NCBI GenBank assembly: GCA_963816145.1
Contig: CAWFJP010000014.1
Coordinates: forward strand, 1 to 64,000
DNA from: an uncultured delta proteobacterium
GTDB taxonomy: Bacteria; Desulfobacterota; Binatia; UBA9968
Direction: 5' to 3'
DNA length: 64,000 nt
Part shown: in pieces, positions 19,861 to 30,009 of the stretch
Numbering within the stretch: the first letter of the stretch is position 1
Layout of the letters: every line of letters begins with the position of its first letter
Position numbers and translations under genes: made by a program
Notes under the pieces: model-generated
Databases searched by the model: none
What the model was told of the DNA's origin: nothing
What the model saw: the letters and a program-made list of their open reading frames with translations, nothing else

Positions 19861-21603
19861 CTAAAAGTCTCTACGGGTTATTTCCTGCGATAGTGGCGAC
19901 GGGTCGGTCGCCCCTGCGGTTACGGCGCCGCAAAGCGCATACAACAAATCTTGCATGCTGTCGCCGCCGGTGTCGGTCAGTTGGACGAGCGCGATCTTTC
20001 CGGCAGCGAGCCGGTGATTGGGCGAGCGGTCTCTCACTTGACGCCAGGCATCCTCCATCGTCTGGCGCATGAACGCTTGATCGGTGCTGCCGTCGATGGC
20101 GAATACCGCGCGCGCCAGCGGTACGACGTTGAAAATCTCGTGGATCTCGAAGACGCAGCCGGCGTTGGCCGGAGAGAAGCCGCGCAAATCCATCAGCACC
20201 GCATCGCTTTCGTCGGCCAAGCGCGCCAGAGTCATTTTCCAAGTGTCGTCATGACAGAAAAATTCGATCACGCGAAATTGCCCTTCGCGATCGGGCGCCA
20301 AATCCATCTGGCCGACGCGTAAGTCGAGGGTGCGGCCGTTATCGATAAAGCGGCGGTCGAGCTTGCCGCTGACGAAATCGAGAAATTCATGGGGCTCGAT
20401 GGTCGTAGTCGCCAGGTCCGGTCCGGCGATCATTTGGATACTGCCGACGTTGCGCCAGGATTTGCCCAGGGTGTCGTAGAGCTTCTCGCTGCGTTGCCCG
20501 AGCGCGAAGACTCGAAGCAAGAGCAGCCGCTGGCCGTTCCGGTTCGCGCGCCGGGAGACTCCGGAAAGCTTGAACAGACCGGCAGCGACGAGTTTATAGA
20601 GCGCAAACGCGACGAAACCGCTGGCGATCCATCTGTAACCTTCAAACACCAAGCCGATGGAATTGATTATGCCAAACAGCAGCCACATGGCGTCGACGTT
20701 GATCGATTGCTCGCTGATCCTCTTGCTTTCGTAGAGCTGGCGCAGCAATTCCAAAATCAACCAACCGACGATGGCGCAGGCGGCGAAGCCGATCGCATGC
20801 AGCCCGATGATCATGCCGGTGGCGCCCAGGCCGATGGCAAAACTAAACTCGCTGATCGCTTTGAGCAACTTTGGATTGTTGCCGGCAAAGCTCGTCGTGA
20901 GCGTCGCGCCGGCGACGCCGAGGGTCATGAACACCAACAGCAACGGACCCACGGCGCGAATGCGGCGATTGAGAAAAATCAGCAGCAAGAGCGTGGGAAC
21001 GGCGTTATTGTCGAGCCAGAGATAAAGCAATTGGCCGATCGGCAGCCCCGGATTCTTGACTAACACGACTGTGGCGATCGCCGCACCCATCGCGAAGTAG
21101 CCCAACAAACCGAACAACCTGCTGCGGCGCGACGGGCCGACGATCAGGTCGATTGCCATGAGCGCCGGCCAGATATTGATCCAGGTCAGAAAGGCGAAGC
21201 GGAACGGCGAAAAATCCATCTTGCCGGCGGACAAGAATGCCGCGGTCATCGTCGCCGCGAAGCAAGCGCCGGCAACGCTATGAACCAATGCGGTGAGCCA
21301 ACGACGGCGACGGGCGCTGCGAAATAGTTTTTTGGCTTCGCTAGGGCCTCCGGTGGTATCCCGATCGACGAAGTTGAAACTCAGCGGCGCAACATTCGGT
21401 TTATGCTCCGGCTCGGGCGGGAGATACCCTTTGGTTACAAGCAATTCGCTCGTGCTGCGCTGGCGCATCGATTTGATCACGCGGCGGCGATAAAGGCGTA
21501 GGATCAGGAACGAAGCAATGAATGCGAGGACTGTGGCGACAACAAGGATGAACGGCAGCTGCCCAGTCAGAGCTACGGTGAGAGCATCGGACCGTCGGGT
21601 CAT
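19861..21603 (-). CDS. Multi-pass membrane protein with C-terminal TIR/NDT-like alpha/beta domain (hypothetical)
   Basis: About 9 TM segments, then LLLRVF ... DDTW ... SDAVLMDLRGF ... GCVFEI. Confidence 0.7.
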   Translation of the reverse strand: MTRRSDALTVALTGQLPFILVVATVLAFIASFLILRLYRRRVIKSMRQRSTSELLVTKGYLPPEPEHKPNVAPLSFNFVDRDTTGGPSEAKKLFRSARRRRWLTALVHSVAGACFAATMTAAFLSAGKMDFSPFRFAFLTWINIWPALMAIDLIVGPSRRSRLFGLLGYFAMGAAIATVVLVKNPGLPIGQLLYLWLDNNAVPTLLLLIFLNRRIRAVGPLLLVFMTLGVAGATLTTSFAGNNPKLLKAISEFSFAIGLGATGMIIGLHAIGFAACAIVGWLILELLRQLYESKRISEQSINVDAMWLLFGIINSIGLVFEGYRWIASGFVAFALYKLVAAGLFKLSGVSRRANRNGQRLLLLRVFALGQRSEKLYDTLGKSWRNVGSIQMIAGPDLATTTIEPHEFLDFVSGKLDRRFIDNGRTLDLRVGQMDLAPDREGQFRVIEFFCHDDTWKMTLARLADESDAVLMDLRGFSPANAGCVFEIHEIFNVVPLARAVFAIDGSTDQAFMRQTMEDAWRQVRDRSPNHRLAAGKIALVQLTDTGGDSMQDLLYALCGAVTAGATDPSPLSQEITRRDF

Positions 21604-21939
21604 GCGCTCAGGTTCGGGCTTTGCGCCTGCGAAATCAAGGGCGGGTGACGGGGTTGGTGCGCATGAGCACTGTGTTTCATATTCTCAGGTAAGAGTGATT
21701 GCTGATAGTGCCAGACATTGTTGATCGCGGTAGCGCCCTAAAAGAAAATCGTTGCTCGGGCGGACAGGCGGACCTAGCCCTGAATAGACGGAAACCTTCG
21801 AACCGGGTTATTAAGTGCTGATGGCCGAATCACTGACATGCGCCTAGGCAAATTCAACTTCATGTAACCGGCGCCGAGTTTGCACAGTGCCTAGCCAGGG
21901 CAAATCGACGCTAATCGACTTGCTCGACAGCAAATTCGC

Positions 21940-22308
21940 TTATTCGCTCGGCATCAACAGCTGCAATTGGTGGCCGTCGGGATCTTTGAAGTAGATGCAG
22001 TGGGGATCGTTGGCGCGGCCGTGGACGGCGATGCCGGCGTCCTCCAGGATCGCTTTGACGCGCGCGAAGTCGCCATCGGCCAAGCGCAGCGCCATGTGAT
22101 TGACCTCGCTGCCGGCGTGGACATCTTCATTGTCTTCGACCTCGAAGAGCGCGACACCCTGGTTGCCGCATTTCAAAAAACACTGCCAATCTCTTTCGTG
22201 ATCGACTTCCATGCCGAGAAACTCGACGTAGAATTTCCGCGCGCGCGGGAGATCCTTGACGTGAAAGACGACGTGGTCAAGGCCGCTGACTTTGAGTGGT
22301 GCATTCAT
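21940..22308 (-). CDS. VOC/glyoxalase family protein
   Basis: LDHVVFHVKDL..ARKFY..LG, NHMAL, YFKDPDGHQLQL. Confidence 0.9.
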   Translation of the reverse strand: MNAPLKVSGLDHVVFHVKDLPRARKFYVEFLGMEVDHERDWQCFLKCGNQGVALFEVEDNEDVHAGSEVNHMALRLADGDFARVKAILEDAGIAVHGRANDPHCIYFKDPDGHQLQLLMPSE

Positions 22309-22342
22309 TTCGATCCTCCCTGAAGGTTTTACGTTTCTCTGA

Positions 22343-23347
22343 TCACTTCAAAAAGATCTTCTGAAACTCCTGGCTCTTTTCCTTGAACTCTTTGGCGTCG
22401 AAGTCGTCCATCTCGACGCCCTGGATTTTGTCGGCGTCGGGCACCGGCGGGTAGATGCCTTTGCGGGTGACGAATTCTCCCGCTTTGGCGAGAATGCGGG
22501 CGCTCTCTTCGCCGAGAAAAAAATCCATGAGGGCTTTACCGCCGTTGGGCCGCGGCGCCTTTTGGCTTAAGCTCAGGTATTGCCCGATGGTCAAGAATTT
22601 TCCCAGGCGCACGTAATCGACCGGCGCGCCCTTTTCACCATAGGTAATGACATTGCGGATTAGCGATATGGCGATCGGCGTTTCGCCGGTGGCGACCCGT
22701 TCGGCGGACGGCGAGAATGATTCCACGAGCAATGGTTTGGTGGCGCCGAGATCGCGGATAAATTTGTCAGCCCTTTCTTTGCCCATGATTTTGTACAGGC
22801 TGGCGACCCATTGCAGGGTCGTCGTATGCTGGGTTGGATCGGGCATGACGAATTTGCCGCGATACTTCGGATTCAATAAATCTTCGAGCGTTTTGGGCGC
22901 GTCAGCGGGTTTGAGCATACCCTTGTTGTAGAAGATGCCGATGGGCGCGTGCCGGTAGGAAATTCCGAGATTCGCGTCGATGACATCTTTGGGAAAAGCA
23001 GCAGCGGCCGGCGAGTTATATTTGGCGAAGACGCCTTCTTTGTGCAGGACCGTCGTCGCGCCGCTGTTATTGATCATGACATCGAACAGATGCTTGCCGG
23101 CGCGCATTTCGGTGAGCGCGCGATCCATCGCCTTGGTCGCCGATGCGCGCCAGTACTCGACTTTGAGCCCGGTCTTTTTCTGAAACGCTTCGATGATCGG
23201 TTCGGCGGTGTTGGATTCCATCGAGCCGTAGGCGATGATCGCCCCGGATTCTTTTTTGGCGGCTTCGACGAGCTTGGCATCCTGGGCGAAGGCTGCGGAT
23301 GAAATGAGCAGGCTGGAGAATACCAAGACCGCGGTTTGGTGAATCAT
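22343..23347 (-). CDS. ABC extracellular solute-binding protein (AfuA/FbpA-like cluster)
   Basis: EAAKKE, FQKKTGLKVEYWRAS, YNK..PKTLEDLLNPKYRGK, APRPN. Confidence 0.85.
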   Translation of the reverse strand: MIHQTAVLVFSSLLISSAAFAQDAKLVEAAKKESGAIIAYGSMESNTAEPIIEAFQKKTGLKVEYWRASATKAMDRALTEMRAGKHLFDVMINNSGATTVLHKEGVFAKYNSPAAAAFPKDVIDANLGISYRHAPIGIFYNKGMLKPADAPKTLEDLLNPKYRGKFVMPDPTQHTTTLQWVASLYKIMGKERADKFIRDLGATKPLLVESFSPSAERVATGETPIAISLIRNVITYGEKGAPVDYVRLGKFLTIGQYLSLSQKAPRPNGGKALMDFFLGEESARILAKAGEFVTRKGIYPPVPDADKIQGVEMDDFDAKEFKEKSQEFQKIFLK

Positions 23348-23370
23348 CGAGGTTCTCCTTGAAAGACGCT

Positions 23371-23572
23371 TTCACCACGAAGAGCACGAAGGACACGAAG
23401 TAGGCAGATACTGAATCGGATTGATTAACCGCAAAGAGCGCAAAGAACGCAAAAGGGAAATGAGATTCGTAGAGGCGCAGCATGCTGCACCCGTCTGGTT
23501 TGCGCCCTTTGCGGTTAAATATATGTTCCCCCTTGGCTCTGCCTTCGTGCACTTCGTGTTCTTCGTGGTGAA
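23371..23572. repeat. Triple-nested inverted-repeat element
   Basis: Outer IR 23371-23400/23543-23572 (CACGAAG units); inner IR 23425-23453/23499-23518 (CGCAAAG units); central REP-like palindrome 23469-23492. Confidence 0.85.
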
Positions 23573-23584
23573 CATTCCGTATAG

Positions 23585-24703
23585 TTACATGCGCAGGAGG
23601 TTGAGCGCGTTGTCTTCGAGGATCAATTTCTTCTGCTTCGGGGATATATCCACGCGGTCGCGGATGCCGCTGACGGTCTTGGGGAACGTCGAGTCGAAGT
23701 GCGGGTAATCCGTTGCCACCACGACATGGGTTTCGCCGACTTCCGACAACGCCAAGGGCAGCCACTTTTCGTCGGCTTCGCAGGTGATGTAGCAGTTGCG
23801 CGTGACATACTCCGACGGCAGCATGCTCAGTTGCGGGCACATGCCGGCGTCCTTGATGACTTCATAGTCGTCGTCCATGCGGTGCATCCAGAAAACCAAG
23901 AACTCCGCGGTGACTTCGAAGAAGACGACTTTCAGGCGCGGGAATTTCTCGAACACGCCGCCCAACACCGTGGCGACCAGCGGCGCGACGCAGTTGAGCG
24001 GCCGGCCGAGGATATGCATCGGGAAGAAATGGGTCTGACGGTTGATCAGCGTGCCGGGCGCGCCCAAGGTGCTCGGGTGGCAGAACAGCGGGATGTCGAG
24101 CTCCTGCGCCGCTTGGTAAAACGGAAAGAACGCTGGATCGTCCATCTGTTTATCCAACGTATAGCTGACCAGGTGGGCGGCTTTGCAGCCGAGCGTATTG
24201 ACGCAATGGCGCAGCTCGTTGGCCATCTCCTCAGGACAGCCGGCTGGGATCATCGCGACGGGTGACAGTTTGTCGCGATGGCCGGCGACCAACTTATGTG
24301 CCCAGTTGTTATAAGCGCGCGCCACGGCGGCGCCCAAGGGACCGGGGTTTTGCGAGGGAATTTCAATCGAAGTTGGAAAAATCAGCTGAAAGTCGACGCC
24401 TTCGCGGGCGTTGTCTTTCAAGCGATACTCCATGTCGTAGCCGCCCTGTTGCCAGCGCATGACTTCATTGCCGCGCGCGTTGGCTTCGGGGTTGTAAAAC
24501 ACCTGGTGCGTGACAGGCTTCTTAAAATTGGCGTTGGCCACCGGGTCTTCCATGGGCGACAGATTGTGCTCGAACTTCGAATAAAAGAACTTACCGTCGC
24601 CGATCCGGCGCGGCGAAAATTTCGCGAACGGTTCGGGCAACTGATAAATCTCATCGAGCAGCCAGCCGTCGCGCAGGTGGGAGTCGAAATCGATGATTGC
24701 CAT
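23585..24703 (-). CDS. Amidohydrolase family protein (Amidohydro_2)
   Basis: IIDFDSH, RAYNNW, FCHP, GVFEKFPRL, ATDYPH. Confidence 0.9.
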   Translation of the reverse strand: MAIIDFDSHLRDGWLLDEIYQLPEPFAKFSPRRIGDGKFFYSKFEHNLSPMEDPVANANFKKPVTHQVFYNPEANARGNEVMRWQQGGYDMEYRLKDNAREGVDFQLIFPTSIEIPSQNPGPLGAAVARAYNNWAHKLVAGHRDKLSPVAMIPAGCPEEMANELRHCVNTLGCKAAHLVSYTLDKQMDDPAFFPFYQAAQELDIPLFCHPSTLGAPGTLINRQTHFFPMHILGRPLNCVAPLVATVLGGVFEKFPRLKVVFFEVTAEFLVFWMHRMDDDYEVIKDAGMCPQLSMLPSEYVTRNCYITCEADEKWLPLALSEVGETHVVVATDYPHFDSTFPKTVSGIRDRVDISPKQKKLILEDNALNLLRM

Positions 24704-24866
24704 AAGAGTTCCTTTCGCTGGTCAAGCAATGCTTCTGTAAACAAACTCAGGTTTGGTTCTAGCGTCGATCGAACCAGACTTAGTACAATAAAACTCAGTC
24801 AGTCAAGGCTTGTTACGCTCAAGTATGTGTGCAGTTTGATTGTGACCGCAGTTCGCCACCTGGGAA

Positions 24867-24893
24867 AGATTTCTCGCTGCGCTCGAAATGACA
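24867..24893 (+). repeat. 27-bp palindromic-element half, identical copy at 39508-39534
   Basis: AGATTTCTCGCTGCGCTCGAAATGACA. Confidence 0.8.
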
Positions 24894-25071
24894 GCCGCAG
24901 TTTGTCGTTGTCCTAATCAGAGAGAGATTAATTGCTGGACTGAAACATGACTCTATCTCTCTTACAGAACTTCATAGGCAAATAGTTTAGAAACTATTGA
25001 AGGACAAGATGAAACGACGAAGTTGGTCCGGAGAAAGTCCGGGTTCATCCCTCATCCTTCCTCCTTCAGCC

Positions 25072-26097
25072 TTATTTCAGGCTCGCGCCGTAGCTCGCAT
25101 ACAGCTTGTCGATGAAGCCACTATCGTCGAGTTTTTTCATCAAGCGGCTGTCGATAACGTCTTCCGCTTTCACTTCGCCGACTTTTGGGTTGCGGGTTCT
25201 TAACAGCCGTTGGGCGTTGCGTAACCCTTCGAGGGACGCGAAGGGTTTTCTATCGACGCCGCGGACAAGATCTAGATAGGCGTCCTCGGCGCCTGAGGCG
25301 TCGACCTTGAGCCACTTCGACAAGGTCTTGAGCACCACCGGTTTGTTTTTCGGCGCCAGGGAAAAGACCAGAGCTTCGATCTCGCCCTTCAGATAGGCTT
25401 CGGCGACATCCGAGCGCTGTTGCAGCATCGCGTTCGGCACCACCATCGATTGTCCGATTAACAGAGACTTGAGTTGGGTGTATTCACCGAGCACGCTCAT
25501 CCCTCGGCTCTTAGCCATTTTGGTATAGACGCCGTCGACGGCAATGGCGTCGCATAGGCCGCTCTCTATGCATTGTACTTGCACGGCTTGGTCGCCGATG
25601 ACTTGGAAACGAATGTTGTCGCGCTTTTCATCGAGACCGAGGTGCTCCAGCCAGAGAATGACGCCCATCCAACTGGTGCCGCCGATACTGGTGATGCCAA
25701 AGGTTTTGCCGCGCAAGTCTTCGGCGCGCTTGATGTTGGGACGGACGACCAGGTCGTAGGTGTTGCGCGTATTGAAAGCGGCGACGAGTTTGAAATCATG
25801 CCCCGCCGCCACCGCTGCCAGCATGGCGCTGCCCCCGGTGCGGCCGATCTGCAAGCTGCCGGCGGCCAACCCGGCAACCAGAGTCGGTGCGCCGCGGATG
25901 AACACCGGTTCAACATCGATACCGTATTTGGTAAAAAAGCCTTGTTCTTTAGCGAGCCACAGAGGCATGACGCGCGCGGTAACGGCGGCGTAGCCGACGA
26001 CCTGCGTGGCCGCCGCCGCGCGCGCATTATGAACGCCGTACGCGAACGACAAGAGAAAAGTGACAACGACGAGAACGATTTGCTTTGAACTCTTCAT
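25072..26097 (-). CDS. NMT1/SsuA-type SBP, tandem array copy 1
   Basis: PLWLAKEQGFF.KYG, LRGKTFGITSIGG, IDSRLMKKLDDSGFID. Confidence 0.9.
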   Translation of the reverse strand: MKSSKQIVLVVVTFLLSFAYGVHNARAAAATQVVGYAAVTARVMPLWLAKEQGFFTKYGIDVEPVFIRGAPTLVAGLAAGSLQIGRTGGSAMLAAVAAGHDFKLVAAFNTRNTYDLVVRPNIKRAEDLRGKTFGITSIGGTSWMGVILWLEHLGLDEKRDNIRFQVIGDQAVQVQCIESGLCDAIAVDGVYTKMAKSRGMSVLGEYTQLKSLLIGQSMVVPNAMLQQRSDVAEAYLKGEIEALVFSLAPKNKPVVLKTLSKWLKVDASGAEDAYLDLVRGVDRKPFASLEGLRNAQRLLRTRNPKVGEVKAEDVIDSRLMKKLDDSGFIDKLYASYGASLK

Positions 26098-26182
26098 AGG
26101 TATCGACCTCCGTTAACCGTCAGCACTCGGCTATCAGTTGGCAGGGCAAAGATCAAAGTTAAAACCTGATCGTTGATAGCTC

Positions 26183-27229
26183 CTACTTAAAATTCGCGCC
26201 GTGGGCGGCAAATGTCTTGTCGATGAAGCCGGTTTCTTCCAGCTTGCGCATGATGCGGTTGTCGACGACATCATCGACTTTGACATCGGCGATCTTCGGA
26301 TTGCGCGGTTTGAGCAGCCGTTGCAAGTTACGCATGCCTTCCAAGGACGCAAACGGTTTGCGGTCGACGCCGCGCAGCATGTCGGTGTAGCCTTCTTCGG
26401 CGGTGTTGGCGTCGACGCGTAGGCGGCGCATGAGCATCTTGATCACCGCCGGTTTGTTCTTCGGCGCGGTGGCGAAGGCGATGCCTTCGACCTCGCCTTT
26501 GACATAACCCTCGGCGATGTCCGGATGCTGGCGCAGGAAATTATTCGGCATGATCGTCGATTGGCTGACCAGCGGTTGTTTCATTTCATGTGATTCCGCG
26601 ATGATGTTCATGCCTTTTTGCTTTAACAATTTGCTGTAGACGCTATCGACAAAGACGCAATCGACAGTGCCGGACTCCAAGGCCTGAGATTGTGTTCCCT
26701 GATCGCCGATGGATTGCAGCAAGATCTGGTCGCGCTGCACGTCGAGGCCGAAAGTTTCGAGCCAAAGCATGGCGCCGATCCAGGTGCCGCCGCCGACACT
26801 GTTGATCGCGAGCTTCTTGCCACGCAGGTCTTCCGGCCGTTTAATGTTGGGGCGCACCACCACGTCGTAGGAGTTGCGGCTGGAGAAGGTCGCTAGCATC
26901 TTGATGTCATGGCCGGCGGCCACCGCGGACAAGACCGCGGCACCCGCGGTGCGGCCGATCTGAATGTCGCCCGACGCCATGCCGGTCACCAACGTCGCGC
27001 CGCTGCGCAACAGCACCGGTTCGGACTCGATGCCGTATTTGGCGAAGAACCCCTGATCGCGCGCCATCCATAGCGGCATCAGCCGCGGCGTCGTCGAAGC
27101 GTAACCGATGACCAGTCTGGTCGGCGCTGCGGCCGCGTATATGTTCGCGTGAATGAAGAGAAGCGAAACTCCGAATATCGCAGTGCGTAAAAGCTTAGTG
27201 GTTAATCCTAAGTAATTTGAGTTGATCAT
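26183..27229 (-). CDS. NMT1/SsuA-type SBP, tandem array copy 2
   Basis: Same motifs as the other copies; ATG 27229 follows AAAGGAG. Confidence 0.9.
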   Translation of the reverse strand: MINSNYLGLTTKLLRTAIFGVSLLFIHANIYAAAAPTRLVIGYASTTPRLMPLWMARDQGFFAKYGIESEPVLLRSGATLVTGMASGDIQIGRTAGAAVLSAVAAGHDIKMLATFSSRNSYDVVVRPNIKRPEDLRGKKLAINSVGGGTWIGAMLWLETFGLDVQRDQILLQSIGDQGTQSQALESGTVDCVFVDSVYSKLLKQKGMNIIAESHEMKQPLVSQSTIMPNNFLRQHPDIAEGYVKGEVEGIAFATAPKNKPAVIKMLMRRLRVDANTAEEGYTDMLRGVDRKPFASLEGMRNLQRLLKPRNPKIADVKVDDVVDNRIMRKLEETGFIDKTFAAHGANFK

Positions 27230-27317
27230 CGAAAGGTGACTCCTTTGCAAGTGGTTGGTCTTCTGACAGTCCACAATCTTGAACTTTTGAACCCTTGAAC
27301 CTTGAACGGATGTTTTC

Positions 27318-28346
27318 CTACTTCATCCCCTGCGCCGCGAAAGCTTTGTCGATGAAGCCGCTATCGTCGAGCTTCTTGATCAAGCGCGCGTCATTCAGTT
27401 CTTCGAGGTTCACGCTGCCGATCTTGGGATTCTGTGCTTTCATCAAGCGCTGCACATGGACCAGGCTTTCGACCGTCGGAAAGGGCTTGCGATCCATGCC
27501 GCGCAGCAGGTCGAGATAGCCCTCCTCGGCCGGTCCTGCGGTGGTTTTCATGCGGCGCATGAGGGTTTTGATCACGGCCGGTTTGTTCTTGGGCGCGAGA
27601 ACGTAGGCGAGCCCTTCAATTTCTGCTTTCAAAAGGTTTTCCAGCATGTCGGCGCGTTGCTGCAACAGGCTGCGTTGGACGACCAGCGCTTGGCTGACGA
27701 ACTGGTGCTTGAGTTCTGAGAATTCACCCAGGACGTTGAAGCCCTTGGGCTTGATCCGGCTTGAGAAAATGCCATCCAGGATCGCCGCGTTGACCACGCC
27801 GGCTTCGAGCGCCTGGACGGTCAATGCCTGCTCGCCGGTCGGCTGCAGTTGCATTTTGTCGCGCTGGACGTCAAGGCCGAAGTGTTCGAGCCAGAGCAAC
27901 AACGCCATCCAAGTGGTGCCGCCAATACTGGTGAGACCGATGCGTTTGCCGCGCAGATCTTCGGGCCGCTTGAGGTTGGGCTGGCTGATCAAGTCGAAGG
28001 TGTTGCGGCTGCCGAAGGTCGCAATGATCTTCAAATCTTGCCCGCCGGCGACGGCCGCCAAGGTCGCGCTGCCGCCGGTGCTGCCGACGTGAATATCGCC
28101 CGAGGCCAGGCCGGCGACGAGAATCGGTGCGCCGCGGATGAACACCGGCTCGACATCGACGCCGTATTTATTGAACAGTCCGAGGTCCTGCGCCACCCAG
28201 AAAGGCAGGGCGCGGGCGCCGGGCGCGGCGTAGCCGAGAATAATTTTGCCGGAGGCGGCGGCGCCGAAGGCTGGCAGAGTCCAAAGTAACTGTGCCATGC
28301 TTAGAGCGATGAGAAGCACGGCGGTTAGTTGGCGACAGTGTTTCAT
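27318..28346 (-). CDS. NMT1/SsuA-type SBP, tandem array copy 3
   Basis: Same motifs; very similar to copy 4. Confidence 0.9.
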   Translation of the reverse strand: MKHCRQLTAVLLIALSMAQLLWTLPAFGAAASGKIILGYAAPGARALPFWVAQDLGLFNKYGVDVEPVFIRGAPILVAGLASGDIHVGSTGGSATLAAVAGGQDLKIIATFGSRNTFDLISQPNLKRPEDLRGKRIGLTSIGGTTWMALLLWLEHFGLDVQRDKMQLQPTGEQALTVQALEAGVVNAAILDGIFSSRIKPKGFNVLGEFSELKHQFVSQALVVQRSLLQQRADMLENLLKAEIEGLAYVLAPKNKPAVIKTLMRRMKTTAGPAEEGYLDLLRGMDRKPFPTVESLVHVQRLMKAQNPKIGSVNLEELNDARLIKKLDDSGFIDKAFAAQGMK

Positions 28347-28500
28347 CCGATATCCTCCAGCGAAATTGATCGTCCTATGGTTGTGCCTCAGAATTATCGT
28401 TTAGTAAATCCTTGACAACTTATAAATTGCGATCGGTCACGAACGGCGCAGTTCAGATAATTAGTCTACAACCGCTCGCGGGACGGCCTGTTATCCGTTA

Positions 28501-28633
28501 CCCCTCTTTGAAAAAGAGGGGCGGGGGAGATTTTCTTGTTACCATGCGACTTCTTAATCAGAGACGAAAACTGGTCTGGTGGGAAACCCTCCACAGCGCC
28601 GGCAAATCCCCATGATCTTTTTCAAAGGGGGGA
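28501..28633. repeat. Palindromic element (CCCCTCTTTGAAAAAGAGGGG family)
   Basis: Related copies at 29831-29972 and 41928-42016. Confidence 0.8.
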
Positions 28634-28667
28634 TGAATAATTTCCCGACACGGGCGTTGCCGCGCCG

Positions 28668-29702
28668 CTATTGCTTCGAACTTAACCCCTGCGCTGCGAA
28701 GACTTTATCGATGAAGCCGCTGTCGTCGAGTTTCTTGACCAAGCGGGTGTCGTTGATATCGTCGAGCTTGACCTCGCCGATCTTGGGATTCTGCACTTTC
28801 ATCAAGCGCTGCACATGAATCAGGCTTTCGACCGTCGGCAGCGGCTTGCGTTCCAAGACGCGCAGCAGCTCGAGATAGCCCTCTTCGGCGACAGCGGCAT
28901 CGACTTTCATGCGTCGCATCAAAGTCTTGATTGCCACCGGTTTGTTCTTGGGCGCTAAGATGTAGGCTACCGCTTCAATTTCGGCCTTCAGCAGGTTTTC
29001 CAGTGTGTCGCTGCGTTGCTGCAAAAAGCTGCGCTGCACCACCAAGGCTTGGCTGACGAATTGATGCTTCAGGTCGGAGTATTCGCCGAGGGTGTTAAAT
29101 CCTTTGGGTTTGAGTCGCCGGCTATAGATACCATCCAGGACCGCCGCGTTGACCCCGCCGTTTTCCAATGACTGCACGGTGACCGCCTGTTCGCCCATCA
29201 CCTGGAGCTGAATCTTGTCGCGCTGGACATCGAGACCGAAGTGCTCGAGCCAGAGCAACAACGCCATCCAGGTGGTGCCGCCGATGCTGGTGAGACCGAT
29301 GCGCTTGCCGCGCAGGTCTTCGGGCCGCTTGATGTTGGGTTGCGACATGAAGTCGAAGTTGTTGCGGCTGCCGAAGGTGGCGATGATTCTCAAGTCCTGG
29401 CCGCCGGCGACGGCAGCGAGAGTCGCGCTGCCACCGGTGCTGCCGACTTGGACATCTCCCGACGCCAGGCCGGCGACAAGAACCGGCGCGCCGCGAATGA
29501 ACACCGATTCGACGTCGACGCCGTACTTCTTGAACAGTCCAAGTTCCTGCGCCAGCCAGAATGGCAGGGCGCGGCCCGGGCTGGCGTAGCCGAGAATGAT
29601 TTTGCTGGAGGCGGCGGCGCCGGAGGCCGGCAGACTCCAGAACATCTGCGCGACGACCAGAGCGACGATGGTTACAGTCATCGGTTGGCGGCGGTGTAAC
29701 AT
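28668..29702 (-). CDS. NMT1/SsuA-type SBP, tandem array copy 4
   Basis: Same motifs; body like copy 3, C-terminus like copy 5. Confidence 0.9.
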   Translation of the reverse strand: MLHRRQPMTVTIVALVVAQMFWSLPASGAAASSKIILGYASPGRALPFWLAQELGLFKKYGVDVESVFIRGAPVLVAGLASGDVQVGSTGGSATLAAVAGGQDLRIIATFGSRNNFDFMSQPNIKRPEDLRGKRIGLTSIGGTTWMALLLWLEHFGLDVQRDKIQLQVMGEQAVTVQSLENGGVNAAVLDGIYSRRLKPKGFNTLGEYSDLKHQFVSQALVVQRSFLQQRSDTLENLLKAEIEAVAYILAPKNKPVAIKTLMRRMKVDAAVAEEGYLELLRVLERKPLPTVESLIHVQRLMKVQNPKIGEVKLDDINDTRLVKKLDDSGFIDKVFAAQGLSSKQ

Positions 29703-29830
29703 TGACTATTCTCCGTAAAAATTGGTCGTTCTATTGTTCTGACCCAGAACCGCAAATTTTGGCTGGTCACCGCCGATGCGGTTGAGACAATTTGAGTTCA
29801 ACCACTCGTGACGTAGGAAGTTCTCCGTTA

Positions 29831-29972
29831 CCCCTCTTTGAAAAAGAGGGGCGAGGGGAGATTTTCTTGTTTCCATGTCATGCCTTCGTCAGAGAAGATA
29901 ACCGATCTGCTGCGAAAAAAACCTCCACAGCGTCACCAAATCCCCCTTGGTCCCCCTTTCCCAAAGGGGGAA
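29831..29972. repeat. Palindromic element (CCCCTCTTTGAAAAAGAGGGG family)
   Basis: cccctctttgaaaaagaggggcgaggggagattt ... aaatcccccttggtccccctttcccaaaggggga. Confidence 0.8.
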
Positions 29973-30009
29973 TGAGTAATATCCCGACACGAGCGCTCGT
30001 TCGTCGTTA

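Noticed and set aside
21681-21939. Possible riboswitch or ncRNA (GGCAAA, GAAA, CTGATG motifs; CTAGGCA/TGCCTAG inverted repeat)
   Set aside because: Could not fit a c-di-GMP, SAM or hammerhead consensus by eye; an Rfam/Infernal scan would be needed
23067-23840. 257-aa ORF with an HHEEHEVHE 'metal-binding' motif
   Set aside because: The motif is a translation of the CACGAAG repeat; the ORF overlaps two real genes
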